64,000 nucleotides of DNA from IMG/VR virus record IMGVR_UViG_3300028920_000073; one strand, given 5' to 3'. Shown here piece after piece: positions 27,886 through 36,920 of the stretch (position 1 is its first letter; the number at the start of each line of letters is the position of its first letter). The stretch comes from a virus. The notes under the pieces are model-generated. The model did not search any database. It was not told the origin of the DNA and saw only the letters and a program-made list of their open reading frames with translations. Made by a program: the position numbers and the translations under genes.

Positions 27886-28152
27886 ATGTTAGGTTTTTTT
27901 AAACAAAAAGATAAAAGAGATCATTTGGTTTATAGTGCCTTTATCTTTTTAACTTTTTTTATGCTTCTTAGAGAAAGTTATATATATGCTTCATTAATAA
28001 CAATTGTTATAGGAGTAGGAAAAGAAATATATGATAAAAACACACCTGGAAGAGAATGTGATATAAAAGATGTTATCGCAGATGCTTTAGGAATACTTTT
28101 AGGAATAATGATTTGTTATATAGGAAAACTACATTTTAGTTTTTTTAGTTAA
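27886..28152 (+). CDS. VanZ-like membrane protein
   Basis: DKRDH...GKEIYD...DVIADALG motif with TM helices. Confidence 0.7.
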   Translation: MLGFFKQKDKRDHLVYSAFIFLTFFMLLRESYIYASLITIVIGVGKEIYDKNTPGRECDIKDVIADALGILLGIMICYIGKLHFSFFS

Positions 28153-28195
28153 TAAATCTATATTATTTATATATAGAAAAAATACTGTAAAATAA

Positions 28196-28219
28196 TAACA
28201 CAACATCACAATAACACAG
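28196..28219 (+). promoter_or_regulatory. Three-unit TAACACAA-type leader
   Basis: TAACACAA|CATCACAA|TAACACAG then GAG SD. Confidence 0.55.
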
Positions 28220-28228
28220 GAGATAAAA

Positions 28229-28930
28229 ATGGAAGCGGAAGAAAAGATTAAAACAGAAAATAAAATGAAGCACGTAGAAAATTTTTATGAAGACATTCTT
28301 TATGATCTTTCTGATTCAGAAGAAAAAGGAAAAACAATAAACGGTATTGATTCTTCAAGTATAGTAAAACCAAAAATAATAACTAACGAAGAAAAAAATA
28401 TTAAAATAGATATTGGAAAAATTCTTAATTTTTTCCATCCAGAAAGAAAGTGTGCTTATAGTGATAAGGAAGATGATGGTTTATTGTGGATAGATACTAA
28501 TAGGAAAAACATTTTAATAACAAATCTAATAAGAGTAAATACAGATTACCAAAGTAAAATAGGAATAGGAAAGTTTGTTTATATATCTAGAAGTGAAGAT
28601 ATTGATCTAGGAATAGATAATATTATTGTTAACTATAAAACATTATTACCATGTTCTATCGATGGACAAACATACCTTAATGATGGATTTAATCAGTATG
28701 TAACATCTATTTGGAAAAAGAATATACAAGAAAATATAAAAAGTGGTTTACCAAAATCATATGTTCTTATTTATCTTTGGAAAGTTTTTAGTCATATCTT
28801 TAAAATAAAAGGATTAAGAGAGATAACTCTTAGTATAAAAAATGAAAGTCCTGTAACATCTTCAGTATCCTATTCAATGAACTATATGGAGTTTTTAAAC
28901 ATAACAAACAATGCTCTTTTTGATGTATAA
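28229..28930 (+). CDS. Hypothetical protein
   Basis: 233 aa, SD AGGAG. Confidence 0.7.
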   Translation: MEAEEKIKTENKMKHVENFYEDILYDLSDSEEKGKTINGIDSSSIVKPKIITNEEKNIKIDIGKILNFFHPERKCAYSDKEDDGLLWIDTNRKNILITNLIRVNTDYQSKIGIGKFVYISRSEDIDLGIDNIIVNYKTLLPCSIDGQTYLNDGFNQYVTSIWKKNIQENIKSGLPKSYVLIYLWKVFSHIFKIKGLREITLSIKNESPVTSSVSYSMNYMEFLNITNNALFDV

Positions 28931-28940
28931 CACAATAACA
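28928..28940 (+). promoter_or_regulatory. TAACACAA leader motif
   Basis: TAACACAATAACA beginning at the stop codon. Confidence 0.55.
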
Positions 28941-28965
28941 TAACTACATTAATATGGAGGTAGTT

Positions 28966-29127
28966 ATGAATGTAAGAAGTTATATTCGTAAGGAATATGA
29001 AGAAATGAAATTGTATATTTTAAAAGAAAGAAAAAATAATTCAATCAAAAGTGATAACGATCTTGCTATTGAATGGGTTAGAAAATACGCTAAGGATTTT
29101 TCAGATAAAAACACAATAACACAATAA
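28966..29127 (+). CDS. Small hypothetical protein (53 aa)
   Basis: SD GGAGG; MNVRSYIRKEYEEMKLY...AIEWVRKYAKDF; stop falls inside the octamer array. Confidence 0.6.
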   Translation: MNVRSYIRKEYEEMKLYILKERKNNSIKSDNDLAIEWVRKYAKDFSDKNTITQ

Positions 29128-29150
29128 CACAATAACACAATAACACAATA
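29111..29150 (+). repeat. Perfect 5 x 8-bp tandem repeat (ACACAATA)
   Basis: Directly read; degenerate units continue to about 29163. Confidence 0.95.
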
Positions 29151-29213
29151 ACATAACATCAAAAAACCACAAGATGTTATAAAAATTGTTCAAAACCAAA
29201 AAAGGAGATTAAA

Positions 29214-29852
29214 ATGAGTGCACCTCTTTCATTAGACAGACTTATCCGTGAAAAGGATAATATTTTTATTATGAATAATACTCCAGGTATTATTATTCTT
29301 TCTATTAAGGATAAAGCAGGAAGGCCACAAGCTTTTCATGTTCCTAACACTTTTATTCCGATAGAAGTCACAGCAAAATTCAGTCATGATATTATTTCTG
29401 ATTCTGTTGATCTTAGAACAGCTATTAACAATGGTTCTATAACATTGTTAGAAAAGGAAGAAGCATATGAAATGCTTAAACCTGAAGCTGCTCAGGAAGA
29501 ACAAATAAGATTAAACAGAACAACGAAAATAACTGACAGGATATCAAGAAATGATCAGAGTACAGAAATAAAGGATGGTATAACTGGAAACAGGATTACA
29601 ACTAATCCTAAAATTCTTTCTCTTGTTGCTATGTGTCAAGAAAAAACACAAAAACCAAAAGATGCACTTATTAGATTAAGAACATTAAGTAGACAACTTA
29701 GAAAGGAAGATTGGTCTTACTTAATATCTCAATTAAATTCAACTGATGGGTATGATGCTGTTACACAGTATGCAACAGAACAACTTTCGTTAGATAGCCA
29801 GCAGAGTGTTATTACTAAGAGTAAAGAAAAGCCTTTCGCATCTCAAAGCTAA
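29214..29852 (+). CDS. Hypothetical (probably structural) protein
   Basis: 212 aa, SD AAGGAG. Confidence 0.7.
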   Translation: MSAPLSLDRLIREKDNIFIMNNTPGIIILSIKDKAGRPQAFHVPNTFIPIEVTAKFSHDIISDSVDLRTAINNGSITLLEKEEAYEMLKPEAAQEEQIRLNRTTKITDRISRNDQSTEIKDGITGNRITTNPKILSLVAMCQEKTQKPKDALIRLRTLSRQLRKEDWSYLISQLNSTDGYDAVTQYATEQLSLDSQQSVITKSKEKPFASQS

Positions 29853-29862
29853 AAGGAGTTAA

Positions 29863-29888
29863 TATCCCCTCTAATTTTAGAGGGGATA
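29863..29888 (+). promoter_or_regulatory. 11-bp perfect hairpin covering the SD of the 29896 gene
   Basis: TATCCCCTCTA-ATTT-TAGAGGGGATA; ATG 8 nt downstream. Confidence 0.55.
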
Positions 29889-29895
29889 ATATGTT

Positions 29896-30660
29896 ATGAC
29901 TTCACAAAACGAAGAAGCAAAGCAACAAGCTGATATATATTCAAACGATACAAGAGCCTCTCGAACTCCTTGGATATTAACAACTACTAAGAGAGAAGGA
30001 TCGTTTAGAAAGAATTCAGAGGATAAAGAATCTGCTAACGTGAACAGATATAATAACAGTATTATCTTTTACTGCAATCCTGGAGAGTATCAATTCTCAA
30101 TTGATTTTAGACAGAATGAAGTTATAACTAAAAACGGAACAGTTACACATAATTGGAGAAACCCAAGACCACCACATTCAATGTTTCATTTTCCTGTTTT
30201 TACAGTTACGTTTCAAGCAGGAAACATATTACCAAAAATAAAACAAAGCTATATAAAAAGAATAAGAGAATTAAGAGATATAAGAGAAAAATCTCCAGAT
30301 GCTAGATTTTTTGAATTTGAAACTAGAATAAAATTTGAGGATATAGCTGGTGTTCCTGAAGGATTAGAAAATTTTTATCAGTTTCTTGATATTATTGATG
30401 AAGACAAGATAGGTACAGATGGTGGTTTATCTTACACAAACTATGCTACCTTATATATGAATACTTTAGTTTTTCCAAGTCTTGTATTAAAAGGGTTTTT
30501 TACAAATAATATTCAATGGAATGAAAATGCTGAAACACCTTCGGATTTTTTTTGGCAGGGTACAATGACTATACATGAAACTGTACCTAAAATAGGAGTA
30601 GGCCAGTTTATACAATTAATGAAAAGCTACAAAAATAATATTAAAGCACCAGTACAATGA
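29896..30660 (+). CDS. Putative tail tube initiator/baseplate structural protein
   Basis: IIFYCNP...VFTVTFQAGNI...VLKGFF..IQWNENAETP..FFWQGTM pattern typical of contractile-tail hub accessory proteins. Confidence 0.45.
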   Translation: MTSQNEEAKQQADIYSNDTRASRTPWILTTTKREGSFRKNSEDKESANVNRYNNSIIFYCNPGEYQFSIDFRQNEVITKNGTVTHNWRNPRPPHSMFHFPVFTVTFQAGNILPKIKQSYIKRIRELRDIREKSPDARFFEFETRIKFEDIAGVPEGLENFYQFLDIIDEDKIGTDGGLSYTNYATLYMNTLVFPSLVLKGFFTNNIQWNENAETPSDFFWQGTMTIHETVPKIGVGQFIQLMKSYKNNIKAPVQ

Positions 30661-30673
30661 TAACACAAAAACA
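30661..30673 (+). promoter_or_regulatory. TAACACAA leader motif
   Basis: TAACACAAAAACA immediately after TGA, upstream of primase. Confidence 0.55.
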
Positions 30674-30687
30674 AAACCACAGGAATT

Positions 30688-31668
30688 ATGTCAAAACCAC
30701 AGACAAGGGATTTTATTTTATCTGAACTTAAAAGAATTGGAAGAAAGTATAAAGTAGAAAAAGATAACGCAAGTATCACATGTCCTTATCACAGACCTGG
30801 ACAAAACAGTTTTTACAATTCTAGTTTAAGTATAAATCTAAAGGAACATTACTACAGAGATAAAATAGTACCTGTAGGATTTTTTAGATGTTGGTCATGT
30901 AAAATAGCTGGTGTTTGGAATAGGTTAGTAAGTGATAAAAAACTTGATGTCAAACCTATTTCAGATCAAATAACTCCAGAAGATCCATTACTTGATTTTG
31001 ATATATTAGAAGATGAAGATAAAATATATACAAGACCTCCATCTTTTTTCTTATCAGAGTGGGAAGGATCATGGAGAGGAATACCTGAAGATCTGTTAAA
31101 AAATATAGGATGCTTAAAATGGTTTGATTATGATGGTGTAAAAGAAAGTAGTTATGGTGGAAAATATGATAGAGGAGGAGAAGATAGACTTTGGATTCCT
31201 GTTTCAATGTGGAATAGAGAAATAGGATATATAGGAGCACTACTAAGAAAAAGAACTAAAAAAGAAATTAGATTTAAAAAACCTGTTAAATACAGAAACT
31301 CCAATGGGGAATGGGCAAGTGAAGCTCTATTCCCCTTTGATCTCTTAGAAGATGATCAACCAATTGTTTTAGTGGAAGGTCCATATGACGCACTTAGATT
31401 AATTAATGAAGGAATACCAGCTTTATCAATATTAGGAACTCAAAACTGGACTGAAACAAAAAGAACTGCATTATTACAAAAAGCATCTAAAGTTATTTTA
31501 TGTATGGATGGAGATAGATCAGGAAGAGAATGTGCAAGATATATAGAAGATGATATTGAGGATTATATTGATATAAAAAAATATAATATTCCTCTTAAAA
31601 GAAAAAAAAGCTTAGATCCTGGAAACATGCCAATGAGATATATAGAAGAACTAGGAGAAATGATATAA
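30688..31668 (+). CDS. dnaG: DnaG-type DNA primase
   Basis: Zn finger CPYH...FRCWSC; Toprim VLVEGPYDAL and CMDGDRSG. Confidence 0.88.
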   Translation: MSKPQTRDFILSELKRIGRKYKVEKDNASITCPYHRPGQNSFYNSSLSINLKEHYYRDKIVPVGFFRCWSCKIAGVWNRLVSDKKLDVKPISDQITPEDPLLDFDILEDEDKIYTRPPSFFLSEWEGSWRGIPEDLLKNIGCLKWFDYDGVKESSYGGKYDRGGEDRLWIPVSMWNREIGYIGALLRKRTKKEIRFKKPVKYRNSNGEWASEALFPFDLLEDDQPIVLVEGPYDALRLINEGIPALSILGTQNWTETKRTALLQKASKVILCMDGDRSGRECARYIEDDIEDYIDIKKYNIPLKRKKSLDPGNMPMRYIEELGEMI

Positions 31669-31871
31669 TGTATGGTAAAAAATCTTTTTGGGAATCTGTG
31701 ATATGGTGGAATGATCTTTCTTGGTTCTGTATAGGAATAAGTGTTATAGCTTTATTATGGTTTGCTTTATCAAGATGGAAATACTTATTATATATCCCTG
31801 TAGTAAGTGGAATAATTTATAGTATATATACATTAACCAATCATTTAATCGAATACTGGAAATATAAATGA
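31668..31871 (+). CDS. Small two-TM membrane protein
   Basis: Two hydrophobic, Trp-rich helices. Confidence 0.6.
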   Translation: MYGKKSFWESVIWWNDLSWFCIGISVIALLWFALSRWKYLLYIPVVSGIIYSIYTLTNHLIEYWKYK

Positions 31872-31920
31872 AGCAAGTAGCATAATATACAATTGGAAAC
31901 AAACAAACAAAGGAGTAAAA

Positions 31921-32076
31921 ATGAGTGAGGAAACAAAAAACGAAGAAAAAGAAGAAAAAGAACCTATTGATATACAGGCAAAAGTAAACGAAGCAAAAAC
32001 AAAACCAAACGAAGGACAAGAAACTACCGCTGTTTATGGTGATGTAGTAGAATCAGATTCCATCAAAAAAGATTAA
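31921..32076 (+). CDS. Small acidic hypothetical protein (51 aa)
   Basis: SD AAGGAG preceded by (AAAC)3; below ORF-track cutoff. Confidence 0.6.
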   Translation: MSEETKNEEKEEKEPIDIQAKVNEAKTKPNEGQETTAVYGDVVESDSIKKD

Positions 32077-32083
32077 TAAGGAA

Positions 32084-32104
32084 TAACACAATATCACAAT
32101 AACA
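32084..32104 (+). promoter_or_regulatory. Multi-unit TAACACAA-type leader
   Basis: TAACACAA|TATCACAA|TAACA abutting the helicase ATG. Confidence 0.55.
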
Positions 32105-34947
32105 TGAAAATAAAGAAAAAACCAAAGTTAGAAGCCTTTTTATCAGATGCCTTATATGTACATGAAGATCTTGTTACATCCTATCATAGAGATAGTTTTA
32201 CAGATACAATATTTGGTTTTTATAACCAAGGACTACAAGAAACTGATGATTTTGATGATGGATCATCAGATTTAGTTGTTAAAAGTTATAGAAACATACC
32301 AGCAAAACATCTAGTTGCCTTTGCAAGAGGTGACCTTAAAAAAATATCAAAAGTATTTAAAAAATTTACTATATATGATGAAAGATCTAGATGTAAAATA
32401 AAAGGATATAAATTAAAATTTAAACTAAAAAAGGAAGCTAAAGAAGTTCATAACGGAAATGTATCTAAGATACAAGTTAAAGAACAAGAAAGAGTTAAAA
32501 AAGTATGGTTTAAAAAGAAGTATGGATTAATTGAAGCTCCTCCTCGATCTGGTAAAACAGTATTGATGATTAAGATGTTATGTACAAGTAACAGAAAAGC
32601 ATTAATATTAGCTCATCAAAAAGATTTATTAGATCAATTCCATAAAGATTTTATGGTTCTTACAAATGTCAAAAGTATAAGAGATGAAACAGGAAAACCA
32701 GTTATTGGTTATTTAAAAAAGTGGGAAGATGTAGATACTTATGATATTTTGTTATCAACATGGCAAAAATGGGCAAGTAAAAAATCTTATAAAAAACTAA
32801 AAAAATATAAAAAATCTTTTGGTATTTTAATGGTTGATGAGTGTTTTACATATGATACTCCTGTATTAATAGATTATGATAAAGCATTACCTATAGGAGA
32901 CATAATAAATAATAAAAGTATAACTCATGTATTATCATATGATCTAAAAAATAAAAAAATAATAAAAAGAAAAATAACAAGAAGAGTAGCAATAGAACAT
33001 AATGAAAAACTTTATGATATTTTTATAGGGCAAAATAAAATAACTTGTTCTGGAAATCACGAAATATATTTGAAATATAATAAAAAGATAAAAGCACAAG
33101 ATTTAAAAGTAGGAGATCAAATAATAACATATGATGGTTATTTTTCACAAAAACACATATGCGAAAAATGTAATGAATTATTTAATTCACATCAAGAATT
33201 AATGTTTCATAAATATCATAAACATGGAGATGATAAAAGCAAAAAACATTATAAAAAATGTAAGGTATGTGGAAAAAAAATACATAAGTATTCGATGGGT
33301 TTTCATATAAAAACACACGATAAAAAATTTATGGAAATTTTTTCAAATAATAAAATAAACGAAAGAGAAAAATTTTTTAAAACTGCAAAAGGTAAAAACT
33401 ATAAGAAATGGTTAAGTGAAACAAGACAAGGAAATAATAATCCTTTTATAAGAGGTAAATCTAAAAAAGAAATAGAAAAAACAATAATAAAACAAAGAAA
33501 AAAACAAAAGGTTTGGTGGGATAGTTTATCTGAGAAAGAAAAAAACTCTAGGATAAAGACTTTCATAAATGCACCATCTTACAAAAATAATCCTAATATA
33601 TGTGAAACAAATATTATAAATCAAAAAATAAAACATTTAAAATTTACTGGAGATGGTAAATATTTTGTTACACTAAATAATAAAAAGAAAAATCCAGATT
33701 TTATAGCAACTAATTGTTTATCTAAAAACAAAAGAACAAGTAAAGTTATTGAAATAATGGATTTTGAATATTGGCATACTAAAAAGGAAGCATCTTATAT
33801 TAAAAAACAATATAAAAATAATGGAATAGATTGTTTAATTATTGATGCCAAAAGGTGCTATAAAACACAAGACATAATGGAAGTAAGAGGAGAAATTGAA
33901 TCTTTTATAAACAATCATTATAAAAAAATAACAAAAATAAAAACAAGAACAACAAGAAAACCTCACTTACTATATAATTTAGAAATACATGGAACACATA
34001 ATTATTTTGTAGTTGCTGATAAATTAACAGAAACAAGATATAGACAAAAATTAGGATGGAAACCAGTAGGTGTTAACTATAATGCTAAAAATAATAGTTA
34101 TTTTGATACAGAAAAATATAATAGAATTCCTGTTCTTGTAAGTAATTGCCACAAAACACCAGCTCAATGCTACAGTAAAGTAGTTACTAACTTTTCTGCG
34201 TTACATAGAATAGGAGTTACTGCTACCTTCGAAAGAAAAGATCAATTACAAGTTGTTACAAAAAACATAATGGGTCCTGTTGTTGTTAAAGCAAAAATAC
34301 CTCAAATGGATTGTACTTATCAAATAGTGGAAACAGGATATGATCCTGGGAAGTTCTCATTATGGTCAACTCTTGAAAACAGATTAGCAAACGCAAAAAA
34401 TAGAAATGATCTTATAGTTAAACTTATTGAAAAAGATGTTAAAGCAGGACATCATGTTGTTGTTGCTACAAGACGTGTTAAACACTGTAAAATACTAGTA
34501 GATAGATTAAGAGAATTAGATATAGAAGCAGAAGTATTTAATAGTACCCTTGTTAAAAGAGAAGAAGTTTTAAATAAGGCTAGAAAAGGAGAAATAAAAG
34601 TTATTGTAGCAATGAGAGCAATGTTACTTGGAATAAATGTTCCTATATGGAGTTCTTTTCATAATACAATGCCAACGTCAAATCCTCCTGCTTATTACCA
34701 AGAATATAGTAGAATAAGAACAAAACAGCCAGGAAAGAGAAATCCTGTAATAAGAGATTATGTTGATTTAGGAAGGGCTTGTGTATCTACAAAATTCATA
34801 AGAATAAAATGTTATAAAAAAGATGGTTTTAGAATGGAAAAAACATTATCACCTGAAGGGAAAATAAGAGCTAGAAAAAATGCAGGGAAATGGAATAAAA
34901 TAAACGAAAAAAGAAAAAGTACATGGGTTAAATATAAACTAAAATGA
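32104..34947 (+). CDS. Superfamily 2 (UvsW-like) helicase with intein (about 512 aa after splicing)
   Basis: Walker A APPRSGKT, motif II VDE|CH, motif III GVTAT, motif VI QEYSRIRT. Confidence 0.88.
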   Translation: MKIKKKPKLEAFLSDALYVHEDLVTSYHRDSFTDTIFGFYNQGLQETDDFDDGSSDLVVKSYRNIPAKHLVAFARGDLKKISKVFKKFTIYDERSRCKIKGYKLKFKLKKEAKEVHNGNVSKIQVKEQERVKKVWFKKKYGLIEAPPRSGKTVLMIKMLCTSNRKALILAHQKDLLDQFHKDFMVLTNVKSIRDETGKPVIGYLKKWEDVDTYDILLSTWQKWASKKSYKKLKKYKKSFGILMVDECFTYDTPVLIDYDKALPIGDIINNKSITHVLSYDLKNKKIIKRKITRRVAIEHNEKLYDIFIGQNKITCSGNHEIYLKYNKKIKAQDLKVGDQIITYDGYFSQKHICEKCNELFNSHQELMFHKYHKHGDDKSKKHYKKCKVCGKKIHKYSMGFHIKTHDKKFMEIFSNNKINEREKFFKTAKGKNYKKWLSETRQGNNNPFIRGKSKKEIEKTIIKQRKKQKVWWDSLSEKEKNSRIKTFINAPSYKNNPNICETNIINQKIKHLKFTGDGKYFVTLNNKKKNPDFIATNCLSKNKRTSKVIEIMDFEYWHTKKEASYIKKQYKNNGIDCLIIDAKRCYKTQDIMEVRGEIESFINNHYKKITKIKTRTTRKPHLLYNLEIHGTHNYFVVADKLTETRYRQKLGWKPVGVNYNAKNNSYFDTEKYNRIPVLVSNCHKTPAQCYSKVVTNFSALHRIGVTATFERKDQLQVVTKNIMGPVVVKAKIPQMDCTYQIVETGYDPGKFSLWSTLENRLANAKNRNDLIVKLIEKDVKAGHHVVVATRRVKHCKILVDRLRELDIEAEVFNSTLVKREEVLNKARKGEIKVIVAMRAMLLGINVPIWSSFHNTMPTSNPPAYYQEYSRIRTKQPGKRNPVIRDYVDLGRACVSTKFIRIKCYKKDGFRMEKTLSPEGKIRARKNAGKWNKINEKRKSTWVKYKLK
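32842..34146 (+). mobile_element. Intein in SF2 helicase (435 aa; C2H2 fingers + PD-(D/E)xK-type nuclease)
   Basis: CFTYDT...VLVSN|C; block B TCSGNHEI; block F LYNLEIHGTHNYF. Confidence 0.85.
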
Positions 34948-35525
34948 AAGAAGTTGTAAAAGAAATTAAAAAACATAAAAGGATAAAAAAGATATTATCC
35001 TATATAAAAACAATCCATCCCGATACTGAATTGTTAAATAAAGAACTTGATAAAATGTATATGTCAAGTAAAAGATTAGGTAAGGCTGTTAGAAAACATA
35101 AATTACCTGTGGGATTTTCAGTACCAAAGGAATCTTTCGGAAAATTATCAAAAGCTTTGATACTAAACCAATGTAATAGAGATAGAACTGTAGAAATATT
35201 AAGCACACTTAAATATTTTTATAGTGATATAAATACATACAGAGAAGATGTTGAAAGTATTATAATGTTAGAATTTGATAAAGATTTTAAACCTTTAAAA
35301 GTAGATGCAAAGAAAGCTTTACTTAGAAGAAGTTTAAGTATATTACATAAAAAACTTAATAAAATAAAAAAGGTAAAAGATAAAGCATCTGACATACTAG
35401 ATAACATTGATAAAATATATTGGACAATAAAAGAAATAGTAGTTATAGGCGAATCCATTATAAACATGGAAATGTATAAAAGAGAACCAGGATCAAAAAT
35501 AGAAGGGAAAGCAAGAGAAGTATAA
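34944..35525 (+). CDS. Helical hypothetical protein (possible recombination mediator)
   Basis: 193 aa all-alpha, coupled to helicase. Confidence 0.5.
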   Translation: MKEVVKEIKKHKRIKKILSYIKTIHPDTELLNKELDKMYMSSKRLGKAVRKHKLPVGFSVPKESFGKLSKALILNQCNRDRTVEILSTLKYFYSDINTYREDVESIIMLEFDKDFKPLKVDAKKALLRRSLSILHKKLNKIKKVKDKASDILDNIDKIYWTIKEIVVIGESIINMEMYKREPGSKIEGKAREV

Positions 35526-35872
35526 TGCCAAGAAAAAAAATAAAACATGAGCCTGTAGGAAATTCTTTAAATCAATTTATATTTACTGATCAAAGTGATT
35601 CATTTAAGCAACAGGATATACCTTCCTTTGATGTTCCTTATATGATAGCAACAGATGCTAGTATGTGTATTATCGGAAGTAGTGTTGTTTTAAGATTTAA
35701 AGGTAAGTTAGGTAAATCGTTTAAAGTTAAAGTCCCTTTGACTTTGATTGATGCATACGCTGATGCCTTATCTGATTATAGAACAAACGGATCTCCTATC
35801 GATTCATCTGAGTTAATGAGCAGTCTTCAAAACAAATTATCTGAGATTGAGAATGAAAAAGAAAAAAAGTAA
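35525..35872 (+). CDS. Hypothetical protein
   Basis: 115 aa, coupled. Confidence 0.65.
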   Translation: MPRKKIKHEPVGNSLNQFIFTDQSDSFKQQDIPSFDVPYMIATDASMCIIGSSVVLRFKGKLGKSFKVKVPLTLIDAYADALSDYRTNGSPIDSSELMSSLQNKLSEIENEKEKK

Positions 35873-36431
35873 AAAAGAAACAGAAACAGAAAAATTAAAT
35901 CATCTATATGAACAACTAGATGAAGATGATCAAAAATTAATTGATGATAATATAAAAAGGTTAACTAATAAAAATCTCCGTCAAGATATAATAGATGCCT
36001 GTGATAAAAACCCATTAAAATTTGATCATACATTTAAAACAAAACATATTGATGAGGTATTCCAAAATAAAATATCAAAAGTATTCGAAAGAAGTTTTAA
36101 AAAATCTTTTGCTGTTTATTTGTTTTGTGCTGATATTGGAGATCAAATAACTCAGAAAGGTTTACCTGTATGGTTTGATTTAGAAAAATCTGGTGAGTTT
36201 ATAAACAAAATACTTGAAATAGAATCATTGGTAGATGTACTTGAAGAAACAAAGTTAAAGGAAGAAATAAAAAACGAAATAGTACTAAGGGAAATAGATA
36301 GTAGATTTGGAACAGCAGTCGAAGAAAAAGGAAAAAACCAAGCAAATAAAAGAAAAGAAGATTTGTTTAGGAAGACCTTATTAGAAGAAGTAAGAGGATT
36401 AACTGTTGCATTAGGTAGGGTTAAAAAATGA
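35853..36431 (+). CDS. Hypothetical protein
   Basis: In-frame ATG at 35853 (track uses TTG 35847). Confidence 0.65.
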   Translation: MKKKKSKKETETEKLNHLYEQLDEDDQKLIDDNIKRLTNKNLRQDIIDACDKNPLKFDHTFKTKHIDEVFQNKISKVFERSFKKSFAVYLFCADIGDQITQKGLPVWFDLEKSGEFINKILEIESLVDVLEETKLKEEIKNEIVLREIDSRFGTAVEEKGKNQANKRKEDLFRKTLLEEVRGLTVALGRVKK

Positions 36432-36462
36432 TTAAAAAGGTAGGGTTAAAAAATGATTAAAA
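36413..36462 (+). repeat. 25-bp perfect tandem duplication across a stop/start junction
   Basis: AGGTAGGGTTAAAAAATGATTAAAA at 36413 and 36438. Confidence 0.9.
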
Positions 36463-36920
36463 AAACAATCTTTTGTATAGCTTCAAAAGAGTTTAACTGG
36501 GTTAAATTGTTAGAAAGTAAAAACATTTATAGTATTTACTATTGTAATGGGTTTGATGAAGAAAAAATCCAACATTCATTAGAATGTCCTGTAAATGAAA
36601 AAGCTTTACAAAACAGAGATAAATATGAGGAATGTATAACCTTAAAAAAAGATTTAAATAATATTAATTTAAATTCAATAGGTTCTTTAGATTTAATTGA
36701 GACTTCTGTTTTAATAAGATCTTGTATTGTTATTTATGATACAAGAATGAATATAGGATTTGATAAATTGATATATGCAACAAACTTAGATATACCTATT
36801 ATCACAATATCAACAGATGTAACAAACTATTATCCAGTTGGAATTTATTCTACAGCAGTTATAACAAATCCAACTGAAAATAACATTATTAAAGTTGTTA
36901 AGGGTATTGTAAATGGCTGA
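36453..36920 (+). CDS. Degenerate nucleoside 2-deoxyribosyltransferase-like protein
   Basis: LIRSCIVIYD..NIGFDKLIYATNLDIPIITI resembles NDT pattern but lacks the catalytic Glu. Confidence 0.35.
   Translation: MIKKTIFCIASKEFNWVKLLESKNIYSIYYCNGFDEEKIQHSLECPVNEKALQNRDKYEECITLKKDLNNINLNSIGSLDLIETSVLIRSCIVIYDTRMNIGFDKLIYATNLDIPIITISTDVTNYYPVGIYSTAVITNPTENNIIKVVKGIVNG

Noticed and set aside
29111-29150. Possible CRISPR array
   Set aside because: 8-bp head-to-tail units with no spacers; no repeat-spacer structure anywhere in the window
28980-29162. Minus-strand ORF with repeated LCYCVIV
   Set aside because: Simply the reverse translation of the 8-bp tandem array
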